In this document: positions 23,250 through 36,029 of the stretch, piece by piece
Layout of the letters: every line of letters starts with the position of its first letter
Position numbering within the stretch: the first letter of the stretch is position 1
Translations under genes and position numbers: made by a program
Notes under the pieces: model-generated
Seen by the model: the letters and a program-made list of their open reading frames with translations, nothing else
What the model was told of the DNA's origin: nothing
Database searches by the model: none
Source: Octopus bimaculoides
Lineage: Eukaryota
Direction of reading: 5' to 3'
Assembly: GCF_001194135.2 (NCBI RefSeq)
Contig: NC_069001.1
Location: 9,906,442-9,970,441, forward strand
DNA length: 64,000 bases

Positions 23250-23790
23250 TCGGATAATTGGGTATTATCATTAAACGGCAAGCGAATCAGGACTTGACGA
23301 AGTGCCAGCTGCGACTTCATGATAGACTATTAAAAATCTATGAGAACTGCCATCGAGAGACGCTCAAAAGTAGACTAATTGCCTTTAAACACGAACTGCG
23401 AGCGATAAGTCAAAAGCTATTGTTATCGAAAGCAATTACAAGAAATTGCGACCATCAACCGCAATTGTGTATTAAATCCACAAATAGTATACGACTGCAA
23501 AATTGCCATATTTTCTAAATTGTAAATGTTTCTCAGTGGGATGCTCCGGAGTCATGCTGAGTTGGGGAAGATACCGAATGAAAATGTTAGGCACAACCTG
23601 CGATAAACTAAGGTTAACTGGTGTTTGAAAAGTATACAAACATCTCCCTTTCAAACATAAAGCATTATGAACGAAACTCATGATAGAAATTGCAAAACAG
23701 AAGTGGACATCATCTTCCGTGTGCGATCTGATAGTCACTTACTGGTATGAAATATACGTTCCAGAAAAAGGATTTCGTGAACCAGTGCTA
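23250..23790 (+). mobile_element. Highly diverged R4/Dong-like pre-RT fragment
   Basis: RETLKSRLIAFKHELRAISQKLLLSK parallels REELLTARDKLQQKVQLNAQRIRR of the 866-2330 copy; KQKWTSSSVCDLIVTYWY near 23695 parallels the WKSPGxD..NFW motif. Confidence 0.5.
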
Positions 23791-23929
23791 AATATCCAGA
23801 AATACTGAATTGAACCTCTGGCATTTAGATTATTCTATCAAATGTAATGCTTATTTATTCACATTTGTTTGATTGAATCATGCCTAATCTCGTACCATTA
23901 AAATTTCGATGGTGTGATTTAACGTTTGT

Positions 23930-24157
23930 TTCTTTATTGCCCACAAGGGGCCAAACATAGAGGGGGCAAACAAGGACAGACAAAAAGATTAAGTCGATTA
24001 CATCGACCCCAGTGCGTAAAATTGTACTTAATTTATCGACATCGAAAGGATGAAAGGTAAAGTCGACCTCGGCGGAATTTGAACTCAGAAAGTAACAGCA
24101 GATGAAATACCGGTAACATTTCGCCCGGCGTGCTAACGTTTCTGCCAGCTCGCCGAT
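23930..24157 (-). mobile_element. SINE family A, tail i
   Basis: tttctttattgcccacaagggg...gattaagtcgattacatcgaccccagtgcg...ggcgtgctaacgtttctgccagctcgccg. Confidence 0.92.
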
Positions 24158-26192
24158 TTGGCTACTGCCGATATGAAAAACAGAATTTCAATATAAAATT
24201 CAGCTTTAACCATATACCAGCACACGCACGAACATACAAAATACACAAACTCAAACGGTTACATACACTTATGCATTTCTAAGAATGTGCGCNNNNNNNN
24301 NNNNNNNNNNNNNNNNNNNNNNNNNNNNNNNNNNNNNNNNNNNNNNNNNNNNNNNNNNNNNNNNNNNNNNNNNNNNNNNNNNNNNNNNNNNNATATATAT
24401 ATATATATATATATATAGCTACATATACATATATTGTCACCTGACATCCAGCCATGACACACTCGTCTTTATCCATATCCTCTCACATACTCTCGACATG
24501 CGACCAATTGTCAGACCAAGTTTCAGATGGCGTTCCCAGCTGAGTACTTCTTCCGACATCCAACCAATCTGAAGTCGTGCAGTTTGATTCAAGTTGCATG
24601 CAGAATTTGTTAAAAGCCTCTGGCGCGATCACTAATTCAAAAGTGTCCTCTCTCTCTCTTTTCCCCATGCGCTCATACACCTACTCTATGTATGTGTGTG
24701 TGAGTGTGTATGCGTTTACCTTTCTATCTTCCCTTTGTAATGTGTCTCCCTTTCCTCTACGTTACCGACTCTGCCTCTCTCTCTCTTTCACGACTGCTAT
24801 TACAGACTCAAATTTCTTTCCATCTCTTCTTGCTGCCTTGGTGCTTTTAATAAGAACCGTTCAATTCCGTCCATTAAATGATACTTCGTTGTCTTTCAGA
24901 GCAGCTTCACTTTAAACTTTTGATAAAGGGCCATTACTTTTATGCGTTAAGAATTAGCAAAGCTGACACTTCTAAGTTACATATATTGTAAATCCTTGTC
25001 GNNNNNNNNNNNNNNNNNNNNNNNNNNNNNNNNNNNNNNNNNNNNNNNNNNNNNNNNNNNNNNNNNNNNNNNNNNNNNNNNNNNNNNNNNNNNNNNNNNN
25101 NNNNNNNNNNNNNNNNNNNNNNNNNNNNNNNNNNNNNNNNNNNNNNNNNNNNNNNNNNNNNNNNNNNNNNNNNNNNNNNNNNNNNNNNNNNNNNNNNNNN
25201 NNNNNNNNNNNNNNNNNNNNNNNNNNNNNNNNNNNNNNNNNNNNNNNNNNNNNNNNNNNNNNNNNNNNNNNNNNNNNNNNNNNNNNNNNNNNNNNNNNNN
25301 NNNNNNNNNNNNNNNNNNNNNNNNNNNNNNNNNNNNNNNNNNNNNNNNNNNNNNNNNNNNNNNNNNNNNNNNNNNNNNNNNNNNNNNNNNNNNNNNNNNN
25401 NNNNNNNNNNNNNNNNNNNNNNNNNNNNNNNNNNNNNNNNNNNNNNNNNNNNNNNNNNNNNNNNNNNNNNNNNNNNNNNNNNNNNNNNNNNNNNNNNNNN
25501 NNNNNNNNNNNNNNNNNNNNNNNNNNNNNNNNNNNNNNNNNNNNNNNNNNNNNNNNNNNNNNNNNNNNNNNNNNNNNNNNGCGTGTGTGTGTGTGTGTAT
25601 GTGTAATGTTGACTTTGTTTGTGTTCGTGTATATCTGTGTTTTTGTGCGTGTGTGTATGTGTTTCTTTGTGTTATGTGCTCCAAGCCTCAACGTTGTGGG
25701 CGTCTAATTAAATATTGAATTGTAACTCTACTCAGAATTAAACAAATGGAAACTGATATTTGGAACAGTGTACCAAGAACATTTATGTAGATTCACTGCA
25801 GCCTTGACAGTGAAAGCCCCTTCTTTTCCTCTTCATCTTCCTTGTTGTTGTTGCTGTTGTCGTCCTCATTATCATTATTATACTCTTCCTCATATACATC
25901 ATCGTCATCGTTCTCACTTCTTCATCATAATTGTTTGAGTACAATGTCAGCAATTTGAATAAGAGGAGGTCGTCGATGCTATTCCCCTACAGAACCAGAT
26001 TNNNNNNNNNNGAAGGAAGGAACGGTTATTTTAACTCCGTAGGTTTTGAAACTAGAAGAAAAACGGGAAAGAAATACTGTACAGCATTTTGGCTGGTGTT
26101 TTAGCGCCGATCTGAATCAAACCAACTAACAGCTGCATCTGTAGGAGCAAGAAGAAGAAGAAGAAGAACAGCAGCACTAATCGTTTCTGATT

Positions 26193-26655
26193 CAAGGCGG
26201 CGAGTTGGCAGAATCGTTAGCACGCCGGGCAAAATGCTTAGCGCCAATTCATGAGTCTTTACTTTCTAAGTTCGAATTCCGCTGAGGTCGACTTTTATTT
26301 CATCCAACGGGGTACAAAATATAGGTACCAGTTTAACAGTGGGTTCAATATAATAGATTTATTTTCGCCAACCCTAAAGTTGCTGGTCTTGTTCCAATAT
26401 TGAAGCAGATGTAATCTTATGGCGACACGCTGGCGGAATCGCTAGTGAAGGGGAGAAAATGTTCAGCTGCAATTCGTCCGGCTCTACGTTCTAATTTCAA
26501 ATTCCGTCGGGGGTCATCATTGCCTATCCTCCTTTAGGTGTCCACAACACAAGTACGAATTACTGGGGTCGATGTAATCGACAAACCTTCCACTACAAAA
26601 ACAAATAAACATAACGGAAAAAGAAAGCTGGCTTTGTGCCTCTAGTAGAAAGGTT
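26193..26655 (+). mobile_element. Two tandem diverged SINE A monomers (26193-26405, 26421-26655)
   Basis: aaggcggcgagttggcagaatcgttagcacgccggg head; second head ggcgacacgctggcggaatcgctag, ending gctggctttgtgcctctagtagaaagg. Confidence 0.8.
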
Positions 26656-27008
26656 TAACTTTATAATCCCTGTTACCTGACCGTTGTAAAATAGGCCAAT
26701 AATCTTATTCAATCCAAAATCATATCGACCTTATGAAATGATCTTTATAATTGAAACATCTATAAAAGCGTTCAACGTTAAAAAGGATGTCTTTGGTTAA
26801 CCAAATTACTCAACGGGACGCAAATAATGATTAACCTAGGATGGGAAAATATGTTCAGTGTTAACTACATTTGTTGCTAGCTATTTTTCTATCTATACAG
26901 GTTTTACTCAATGCCTTTAGAGGAATGATCGTATATATATATGTTATAAATGTTTTAAATTAAACAGCTGCTACGGTTAATTAAGTAACTTTTCAACTCG
27001 CTAAATTA

Positions 27009-27105
27009 GTTATTTGCTATTGTTATGTCGATAATTAATACGCTTTTGTTATTTTTGTCATAGAAATTGATGTTGATTTTATCATGCGCTACCAGGTGGT
27101 TAGTC
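27009..27105 (-). mobile_element. Short R4/Dong-like RLE endonuclease fragment
   Basis: ETNHLVAHDKININFYDKNNKSVLIIDITIANN resembles the TD..I.HN(K/R)PDIV..DK..K...IIDIA.P motif, with the PD mutated. Confidence 0.5.
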
Positions 27106-27122
27106 TCTATTAATAAGCTGCT

Positions 27123-27340
27123 GAGGAGGCGAGTCGGCAGAATTATTAGCAGGCCGGGCAAAAGACTGAGTGACATTTCGTACGTCGTAACGTCCTGAGT
27201 TCTAACTCCGCCAGAGTCGACTTTGCATTCCATCCGTTAGGAGGCAATAAATTAAGTACCAGTTGCGTACTGGGATCGATCTAATCGACTGCCTCCTTCC
27301 CTAAAAATTTCGGGCCTTGTACCTAAAGTAGAAAAGAATA
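27123..27340 (+). mobile_element. SINE family A monomer, tail ii
   Basis: gtcgactttgcattccatccg...aagtaccagttgcgtactgggatcgatctaatcgact...cgggccttgtacctaaagtagaaaagaataat. Confidence 0.88.
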
Positions 27341-28052
27341 ATCGTTATATCTTCTAGTTCCATAATTATTCCTTGACGATGAGGTAATTATAATGTCATT
27401 CTATTTCTCTTATACGAACACTACATATCGGAATCATTATCACTCAGTCATATGTAAGAATACAAAACACCGAGGGAGTTAAAGAATAGAGGAATGCACT
27501 ACTGGATGGTGTGAGAGAGAGACGGATGGAAATAAAGTTCAAAGTATGGCCATGCTATATACGATTGACGTTACTGTGAAGCTATATTTGTGAGAAGACT
27601 TTATATAATCACGTTGCTTTATAGAACCTACATAAATCTATTCAATTAGACAGAGCTAATTCCTTCATAGTTAATTCTTAAGTTACAGCTGAACTGGTAT
27701 ATTCATCGCTTCCAGCACATTCTCTATAAACATAGTTCAACTGTTGATAGTTATATGACGAGCGACGAGTTTATAATGGAATAATAGTATTTAGTAAGCG
27801 TTAATTTATATTTCTCGCTATACTTACATGTTGCACACACAGAAATTGACGACATCAATTATACTTTGGCAACCATGGATGTGATCACACAGAAGTCAGC
27901 ATTAATTTCAGGGCATCCGCAGTTGATTAATTCCTAATCAAATTCATCCATTTGGTGTCACCTGCTGTCAGCAGGTTCAACATCAACGATCCCCATTCGG
28001 ATCTTTTCTCAACCATTCTGAAACATTCACCGTATGATAATTAGGTCCGGTA

Positions 28053-28436
28053 GTGGAGGCGCAATGGCCCAGTGGTTAGGGCAGCGGACTCGCGGTCATA
28101 GGATTACGGTTTCGATTCCCAGACCGGGCGTTGTGAGTGTATATTGAGCGAAAACACCTATAGCTCCACGAGGATCCGGCAGGGGATGGTGGTGAACCCT
28201 GCTGTGCTCTTCCACCATAACATTCTCTCACTCTTACTTCCTGTTTCTGTTGTGCCTGTAGTTCAAAGGGTCAGCCTTGTCACACTCTGTGTCACGCTGA
28301 ATATCTCCGAGAACTACGTTAAGGATACACGTGTCTGTGGAGTGCTCAGCCACTTCCACGTTAATTTCACGAGCAGGCTGTTCCGTTGATCGGATCAACT
28401 GGAACCCGCGATGTCGTAAGCGACGGAGTGCCAACA
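28053..28436 (+). mobile_element. SINE family B, full length with intact tRNA-like head
   Basis: A-box tggcccagtggttagggc and B-box ggtttcgattcc; body colinear with 6844-7228. Confidence 0.93.
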
Positions 28437-28682
28437 TACATACAGTAAGGTGCTGTCCTTGATCTGATCAAAGCAGTTTCATCTACTTCATCCTCTCAAG
28501 TGTTTGCTTTTTACTTTTTCCTTCTAGTGCTATTCTTTGAAAACCTTGAGCTCTTATGTGACTATAGTATTTTAGTATCTTTGGTTTGATAATTGGGAGC
28601 AACGATCATTTTGTATTTGCTAGCTGTAGCAGTACTTCTTTGTGTATGTACAGATACTGGAGTTCCTTCAATCAATTTCACG

Positions 28683-28895
28683 ACTGCTCCGTCGGTTACG
28701 ACGATGTGTGTTCCAGTTCGTCATATGAAGAGAACAGCCTGCACGTGAAGTTACCTTGCATTCCACAGCATACCAAAGACTCACGTACACTAAACGTAGC
28801 TGAGAGGTAGTTTCAGCGTGACACAGACACTGTGACAAGGCTGGTCCAGGAATCGAACTCACTACCTCATGATTGTGGCCCTTTGAATTACAGGT
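28683..28895 (-). mobile_element. Diverged inverted copy of the SINE B 3' tail
   Basis: ctccgtcggttacgacg...gttccagtt...gaacagcctgcacgtgaa...ttcagcgtgacacag...tgtgacaaggctgg...ctttgaattacagg is the reverse complement of the family B tail. Confidence 0.75.
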
Positions 28896-29552
28896 AAAAA
28901 TATCTATTATCCAATGTGACTAGATAAGACTACAATATTTATTCTCGGTTGTATTCGATAAAGTACATCAGTCTCTGATGTATCAAAAGCTTCAAGGACG
29001 TAGGACTTAATTTGAGTGTGATATGGCTGTTAATATCAAGGGTTGGAGTTAAGCTTAGAGCCTTCCTTAAAAGCCTTATGAGATGTAGATGTCTGTAGAT
29101 ATTTGACTGTTATTTGTACAAAACTCATAGGCTAATAAGAGCTTTCTGCAAAGGGAGCTAATTAATGTGAGCTAGTGAAAATAAATTGATTGTTTTGAGT
29201 ACTGTTTAAACGAGAGTTACACTAATGAGATATATTGCATAAGCTATACTATAACGTGGAATAATGCAGTTTGAAGCGGCGTAGAAATAGGTGAGGTATA
29301 TGAGAGTTATTTACACCGATTTATTAGAATGAGAGCTAATGTAATCAGAGTCAGCGTAATTGTAAAATAAGCTGTTGAAATGTGTTATGTTAATGAGAAA
29401 TACTCCGAGTAAATTTAGTGCAACGAATGGTATTGCTATGAGGTCTTGCATTCAATATTACTGTGATAATGTTAATTGAAATAAAACAAAAAAAAATAGT
29501 GATTTTGATAGCTACTCTAATGAAAGTTTTTTTCAGCCCAGTGAAGTCTAGT

Positions 29553-30143
29553 GAATAATATTCTTTTCTACATTAGGCACAAGACCCGAAATTTTGGGGA
29601 GGAGGCCAGTCGATTAGATCGACCCAGTACGCAACTGGTACNNNNNNNNNNNNNNNNNNNNNNNNNNNNNNNNNNNNNNNNNNNNNNNNNNNNNNNNNNN
29701 NNNNNNNNNNNNNNNNNNNNNNNNNNNNNNNNNNNNNNNNNNNNNNNNNNNNNNNNNNNNNNNNNNNNNNNNNNNNNNNNNNNNNNNNNNNNNNNNNNNN
29801 NNNNNNNNNNNNNNNNNNNNNNNNNNNNNNNNNNNNNNNNNNNNNNNNNNNNNNNNNNNNNNNNNNNNNNNNNNNNNNNNNNNNNNNNNNNNNNNNNNNN
29901 NNNNNNNNNNNNNNNNNNNNNNNNNNNNNNNNNNNNNNNNNNNNNNNNNNNNNNNNNNNNNNNNNNNNNNNNNNNNNNNNNNNNNNNNNNNNNNNNNNNN
30001 NNNNNNNNNNNNNNNNNNNNNNNNNNNNNNNNNNNNNNNNNNNNNNNNNNNNNNNNNNNNNNNNNNNNNNNNNNNNNNNNNNNNNNNNNNNNNNNNNNGG
30101 GGGGGCAGTCGATTAGATCGACCCAGTATGCAAGTGGTACTTA
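29553..30143 (-). mobile_element. SINE A tail ii fragments on both sides of the gap 29642-30098
   Basis: gtcgattagatcgacccagta(c/t)gcaa(c/g)tggtac occurs at both gap edges. Confidence 0.8.
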
Positions 30144-32904
30144 AGTTACCGCCGCATTTCTAGTGTTTAATATTATAAGGTGTATTTTTGCTCGTGGTGA
30201 AATATATTTTAATGACAGTTAATATAACAGTAGATATTTCCATATGTTTTATAGTAAAACATAATGAATTTTTATGAGAGTTGCTATAAAAATGTGTCTG
30301 TTGCAGGAAGAGATATCTATGTATGTCTGTTGTAGGAAGAGCCGCAGTTGTAGTAATCATTACAATGGGACATTGGAATTTAAGCTATTGCAACACGGAA
30401 TGTTTCAATAATCATTATTGTAATGACAGCTATTATAATGACTGTTATTGTAATATTTTTTGCTATGATAGTTATTGTAGTAAGATTACTATAATGTGTA
30501 ATATTCTAAGAAATATCCTAATGAATATTATTGCATTCAGCGACATTATAAGGAAAGCTATAGTTACCGTAGGAAGTGTAATTAAATATATTATATAACA
30601 GATATATTTTGTAATGTGAATTATTATAAAGAGACCTATGGTAATGACAGTCAGGGAATGAGAGATGTTGTAATGATAGATATTATATTTTAATGCGATG
30701 ATTATAATTAGAGTTATTCAAGTAAGTGATATTGTAATGAGTGTTACTGATATCTCTTCTGTTCTCAAGAGATTTATGTTAATGAGTTGTAATGGAAGTA
30801 ATTGTAATGATAGCGACTACAATATTACTTTAGAGTAGCGAGAGTTTTTTCAGGAGAGTTTATGCAATAATATCTATTAAAGTGAGTGTCACTGAAATGT
30901 GTGTTTTTGGAGGATTGTGTTATTAGGTTACTTGTTATAATAACTAATATAATCGAAGATATAGCAACGAGAGATTTTGGTATAAGCGTTGTGTAATGAA
31001 TTGTGTTATAAAAGGAACTAACGTAATGAATGCTGTTATAGATTTATTACAGTGATAGATGTTATAGGTGCAATACAGTTGGTGTTTAAAATATGTTGCT
31101 ATGGTAGCTACTTTTAGGAGAGATAGCGCAACAGCGGTTATGAAAAGAAAAGAATAAGTGCAATAAATGTTATTGTGGGAATGTTTTAAGAAACTTGCTG
31201 AAATATGAAAAGAAGAACAAAAACTTTTGTTCATTAAGCTAAAGTACTGAAACCAATGTAATGAAACTTGCGCCAATTCCAGTCATTATTCTGGCGTGGT
31301 AGCGTGTGCGTCGCAATGATGTTAAGAGTTATTCGTACAAAGCGCAAGCTCTTATGAAGGCCTCCCATACTGGAAAGATAAAATGATAGAGACCAGACTA
31401 ATATGGAACTCCTGTTCGCAAAGGTAACAAGTGTTTTGATTTGGGCGAAAATCTAAACTTTGAAAAAATTCAAGTTACAGTAGAATCGAAATAATTCAAA
31501 ATCAGTCAAATCTGGGAGGGGAATGTCGTACCCCAGGAAAGCATACAACACGTCAGGCCCTCTGAAAGAGAAAGGTGAAAGCGAAGAAACACTAGAAATC
31601 GTTGTAGGTGGAATACTGAGGTAAGCCTTTGGGAGAGGGAAAATAACAAGATAGATGCCAAAATTTAGCCCAGTGTCGAGTATGGAGGAAAAAATTCATC
31701 GACGACCTATTCTCTTGATAGTGCGAAGGGTTTATGTAAGTAATGTTATAAGAAGTTTGTAATAAAAGTTATTTTAATGTGCTGTATTACAAACATATAA
31801 ACTAGTGGATGCTATTCATTTGAGGTGTATTGTAAGAAGTTCCATTATCGAGAGAGATAATGCAACGCTGGTTATTTAATAAGAGTTAATACAATGATAT
31901 TGTATTATATGATATTTTATCTTGAGATATTGCTGTAAGAATTGTTTTAATGAAAGTTATTTTAATAATCGCTATTCTAATTGTAATTATCACCATTGTG
32001 AGAAGGCCTGTGATGAGAGTTATTGCAATTTGCGATCTTATGATGAGAATGAATTGCAAACAGAGCGCTAATTGTGAGAATAAATAGTAATGAAAATGAG
32101 TTGGAATCAGTGTGTAAATATAGAGAACTAATATGCACGAACTATGAGAATGAGGCGCGAAAGAGAGTTATTGTAAAGTGAAATCATTGTAACCATAACT
32201 AGTCTATGGGTGATATTATAGTAATGATAACTAGTGTAATGGTGGCTATTGCAATAACTCTTAATGTTGAAGTATCATTGAAAGGGGAGTTGTTGGAATA
32301 AATGTTATCGTAAGAGGATTTTGTAATGAAAGATGTACTAATAGTGTTTATAAGTGTTGATGTATTGAGGATTGTTGTAATGATACCAACTGTAATAAAA
32401 CAATTATTTAGTGATATTTATTGCAATGTGCTATCGTAATGAATAAGTTTGTAGAGAGAGCTGCGTATCTGAGAAATCATGTAGTGAAACTTATGGTAAT
32501 GATAATTTATATAATGAGAACATCATGAAAGGATTTATTGGGAGAAGAAAATTGGATTGAGACAACTTTTAATTAGAGTTATTTAATTCGGAATTCTTTT
32601 TGTAAGAGTTTACGTATAAGAGGTATTTTAAAGATGTCTCCTGTAATGACAATTATTATAACATGAGTTATTGTAATGAGAGCTATGCGCACTGAAAGCT
32701 AATTAGTGCGAGCTAGTGAAAATAAATTGATCTGAGTGCTGTTTACATGAGAGCTGCTGTAATGAGATATTTTGCATAAGCGATATTGTAATGAGGGATA
32801 TTGAAAGTTGAAATATTATAATGTAAGTTATAATCATGTGAGTTTTATAATGAACATTATTATAATTGATTATGATAATGAGAGCCGTTGCATGAACAGT
32901 TGTC

Positions 32905-33190
32905 GTTTATGAGAATACACCGGGCTGCGTGTTGTGTTCTTGAGCAAGACACTTTATTTCACGTTGCTCCAGCTCACTCAGATGTAGAAATGAGTTGCGA
33001 CGTCACAGATGCCAAGCTGTATCGGCCCCTTTGCCTTTCCCTTGGATAACATCAGTGCCGTAGAGAGCAGAGGTTGGTATGCATGGGCGAGTTCTGGTCT
33101 TCCATAAACAACCTTGTCCGGACTTGTGTCTTGGAGGGTAACTTTCTAGCAGCAATCCCATGGTCATTCGTGACCGAAGGGGGTCTCCGC
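32905..33190 (+). mobile_element. SINE family D (5'-eroded) with a CORE/Meta-like central block
   Basis: gttgtgttcttgagcaagacactttatttcacgttgctccagctcactcagatgtagaaatgagttgcgacgtcac...; GC-richer island within the satellite. Family assignment from recall of conserved SINE domains. Confidence 0.65.
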
Positions 33191-33276
33191 ACTGCAATAA
33201 ACATTATCGTACCTTGAGTTATGCACTGAATGTTGTACTAACAAGATTTCTTATAATTAATAATATTTTGATAGTG

Positions 33277-33420
33277 CAAAGCGGCGAGCTGCGAGGATCG
33301 TTAGTATCCCGGATAAAGTGCTAAGCGGCATTTCGTCTGTTCTTACGTTCTGAGGTAAAATCCAGCCAGGGTCGACATTGCTTTTCAACCAACTGAGATC
33401 AATAAAATAAGTGCCAGTTA
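33277..33420 (+). mobile_element. Diverged SINE A, head plus core
   Basis: aaagcggcgagctgcgaggatcgttag...gcggcatttcgtctgttcttacgttctgag...ggtcgacattgcttttc. Confidence 0.8.
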
Positions 33421-34899
33421 TATATATATATTACATAATAGCAGCTATTTTAATGTGATATACCCTGGGTGATTTTGTGATGAGACCAATCATATGAAAG
33501 TTATTGTAGACTGTATTAAGGAGAAATATTGTAACAGGAGATAATTTAAAACAGTTATTAGTTGTTATATATTATGTGAGTTATTGCTTTAAAAGTTAGA
33601 CAGTATAAAACATATTGCCTTGATATTAATAATTATTAGAGTTATTGTACAAAAAAAGCTATTCTAGTGAATGATATCGTTATTTTAATGCAAGATATTC
33701 CAATATAATTAAAATAAAAATCGTTCTGTTGTTATATCGTTTAGTGAAAACTATTATAATGAGAACTATTGTTATAACAATTATTGAAGTTCCGGTTATT
33801 ATATGTTGCGATTTTGTAGAGAGTGATAGTGTAAATAAATGCAATTTTCATGACATATTCATGACGAATATCATTGTAATAAAATTTATTTTAATGGAAA
33901 TTATGTTGAGGTATATCATAATGAATGATAGCTGTTATAATCAAAATTATTGTAGGGAGTGAGATTATAAATATGTACAGTTTTAATGGCAGATATTTCA
34001 ATATTATTGAAATGAAAGTTGTTTGATGGGAAGCACTTTAATGATACCTATTATAGTGAACGTGTATGTAATAATACATTTGATAATCAAATCTAAGGTA
34101 AGCAGCAATTGGAATGAGTGTTATTGTAAGTACGTGCAATTTTAATGACAATTTGCAATATCATAGCAATGACAGTGGTTATAATGGGAAATCCGCTAAT
34201 GAAAACTGTTATAATTGTTGTTATAATGAGGGATTTAATTGGTTGAAAGATATAGTAATGCGATTTATATTTATAAAAAGCTATTGTTATGACAGTATAT
34301 TTTCTAATAAAAGATATTGCATTGAATTCCGTTGTAATGTTTCTTTTGGTACAATGGATTACTGTATTGTATATTATGGTAATTAGATCTATTGTAATGA
34401 GAGGTATCGTAGATAAAATCGTTACAATGAGAGTTACTGTAGCAGGTACTATTAATGACATATTCTATAACAGCGGCTATTAGTTATACGATGATTATTG
34501 TGTGAACATCAATTTTATTCAGAGACACTGCTATAAAATTTGTTTAAATTCGAGATATTTGAACGAGGACTATTCGAAAATACTCCATGTTATCTTCTAC
34601 TAATGAGCAAGCAGTATTGCTCCGAAATATAGGTTATGTCACAGTTGTTTAGGAATATAATCTAAAAAGTAGAAAATTATCAATATCAATTAAGTCTACT
34701 TGAAACGAAAATCATTCTAAATCTATTTAAACAAACCCCAGGGTCAGGTTCTTGTATCAAAATATATTTGATATAAGGAAATAAAAAATAAGAATTTTTC
34801 CTCAAATTAATTATTAATATGAGATCGAGTGATGGAATCTAACAAAATTATGTTTTAATATATTAATTGACAGCTACATTAGTTTGTAAATATTCTGTT

Positions 34900-36029
34900 C
34901 GAATATAGTTAGAAAGGTGAACATTTTAGGATATTCGGCATATTTTGCTTTATGAGTTCAATAAAAGCAACAACGCATCGGAAAGTACGAGAAATATTAA
35001 TGCAGTATATGGTGATCGGACAATAAGTATAAGCCAGTGTTAACGGTGGTTCCAAAAGTTCCAAGCTAGAAATTACAGCCTAGAAGTTGAGCCTCGTCCT
35101 GGAAGATCTGTAGAGCTCGACGAGGAGGTCTTACAAATCCTGGTTGTACAAAATCCCATCGTGACTGTTGAGGAACTAGAAAAGTAGCATGGATTTGGTC
35201 ATTCGACCATTCATCGACACCTGCGTGCCATCGGAAAAGACAGCAAATTGGGCCAATGCGTTCCTCACAAACTTTCCGAGACTAATCGCTCGTGGATAGT
35301 GAATGTATACTATTCTTTGCTGTCACGCCTCACGAATGAACCTTTTTGGACTGAATAGTAACTGCCGACAAGAAATGGGTTCCCTATAAAAAATGTCAAA
35401 CGCCGAAGACAGTACGTAGAGCAAGGAGAAACACCGGAACCCCGGGTGAAAGGTCTTCAGCAACGCAAAGTGTTGTTATCTGTTTGGTGGGATATGAAAG
35501 GCTTAGTCCACTTCGAACTTTTAAACACAAAGCAAACGATAACAAACGAGATCTACTGCGAGCAGCTTGAGCGGCTTAACAGTGTGCTAGAAGAAAACCG
35601 ACCATCTTTGGTTTCAAGATGAAAGGTGTTCTTCCATCAGGATAATGCTCGGCCACATACAGCGAGGATGACATTCTAAAGGCTTGAGCAGTTTAAATAG
35701 GAAAAGATGCTCCACCTACCATATTCGCCGGACATTGCTCCATCTGATTATTATTAATTCCGCAGTCTTCAAAATGATTTGGACGGAACAAATATGAATT
35801 TAGTAGACGAGGTCGGAACAATACTGAAGGAGTATTTTTCGTCACGGACAAGTGAATTTTAGAAGAGGGTACTTGCAAGTTTACCAGATAGATGAAAGAG
35901 CATTGTAGAAAATAAAGGAGTGTATATTTTAATATTTTATATTGAAAAAAACAACAACAACTTTGTTTATCTTAATTGTGAAAAATAAAGCAAGTATAAA
36001 AACCGCATTATTTATGGGATGACTCAATA
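34900..36029 (+). pseudogene. Mariner (DD34D) transposase pseudogene with 3' TIR
   Basis: Manual translation: IRHILLYEFNK...RWFQKF...EPRPGR...LGQCVPHKL...IVTADKKWV...RKVLLSVWWDMKGLVHFELL...YCEQLERL...HQDNARPH...PYSPDIAPSDY...LPDR*KSIVENKGVY; 34 codons between the second and third D; several stops and frameshifts; right end aaccgcattatttatgggatgactcaa followed by TA. Left TIR not found. Confidence 0.95.

Larger units (their letters stand above)
28980..34560. repeat. Old degenerate ~15-bp satellite (consensus about GAGTTATTGTAATGA), interrupted by SINEs, a gap and a GC-richer island
   Basis: Many variants of (g/c)ttattgtaatga, e.g. near 30415, 30445, 32165, 32665, 32785, 34390; plus strand is G-rich and C-poor throughout. 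Confidence 0.7.

Noticed and set aside
24420-24915. Overlapping ORFs on both strands (24483-, 24577+)
   Set aside because: No recognisable domain, weak splice signals, partly low-complexity.
30323-30598. Reflectin-like protein from YCND repeats
   Set aside because: Lacks the Met/Arg/Trp-rich reflectin repeat motif; arises from the 15-bp satellite and the frame is frequently broken.
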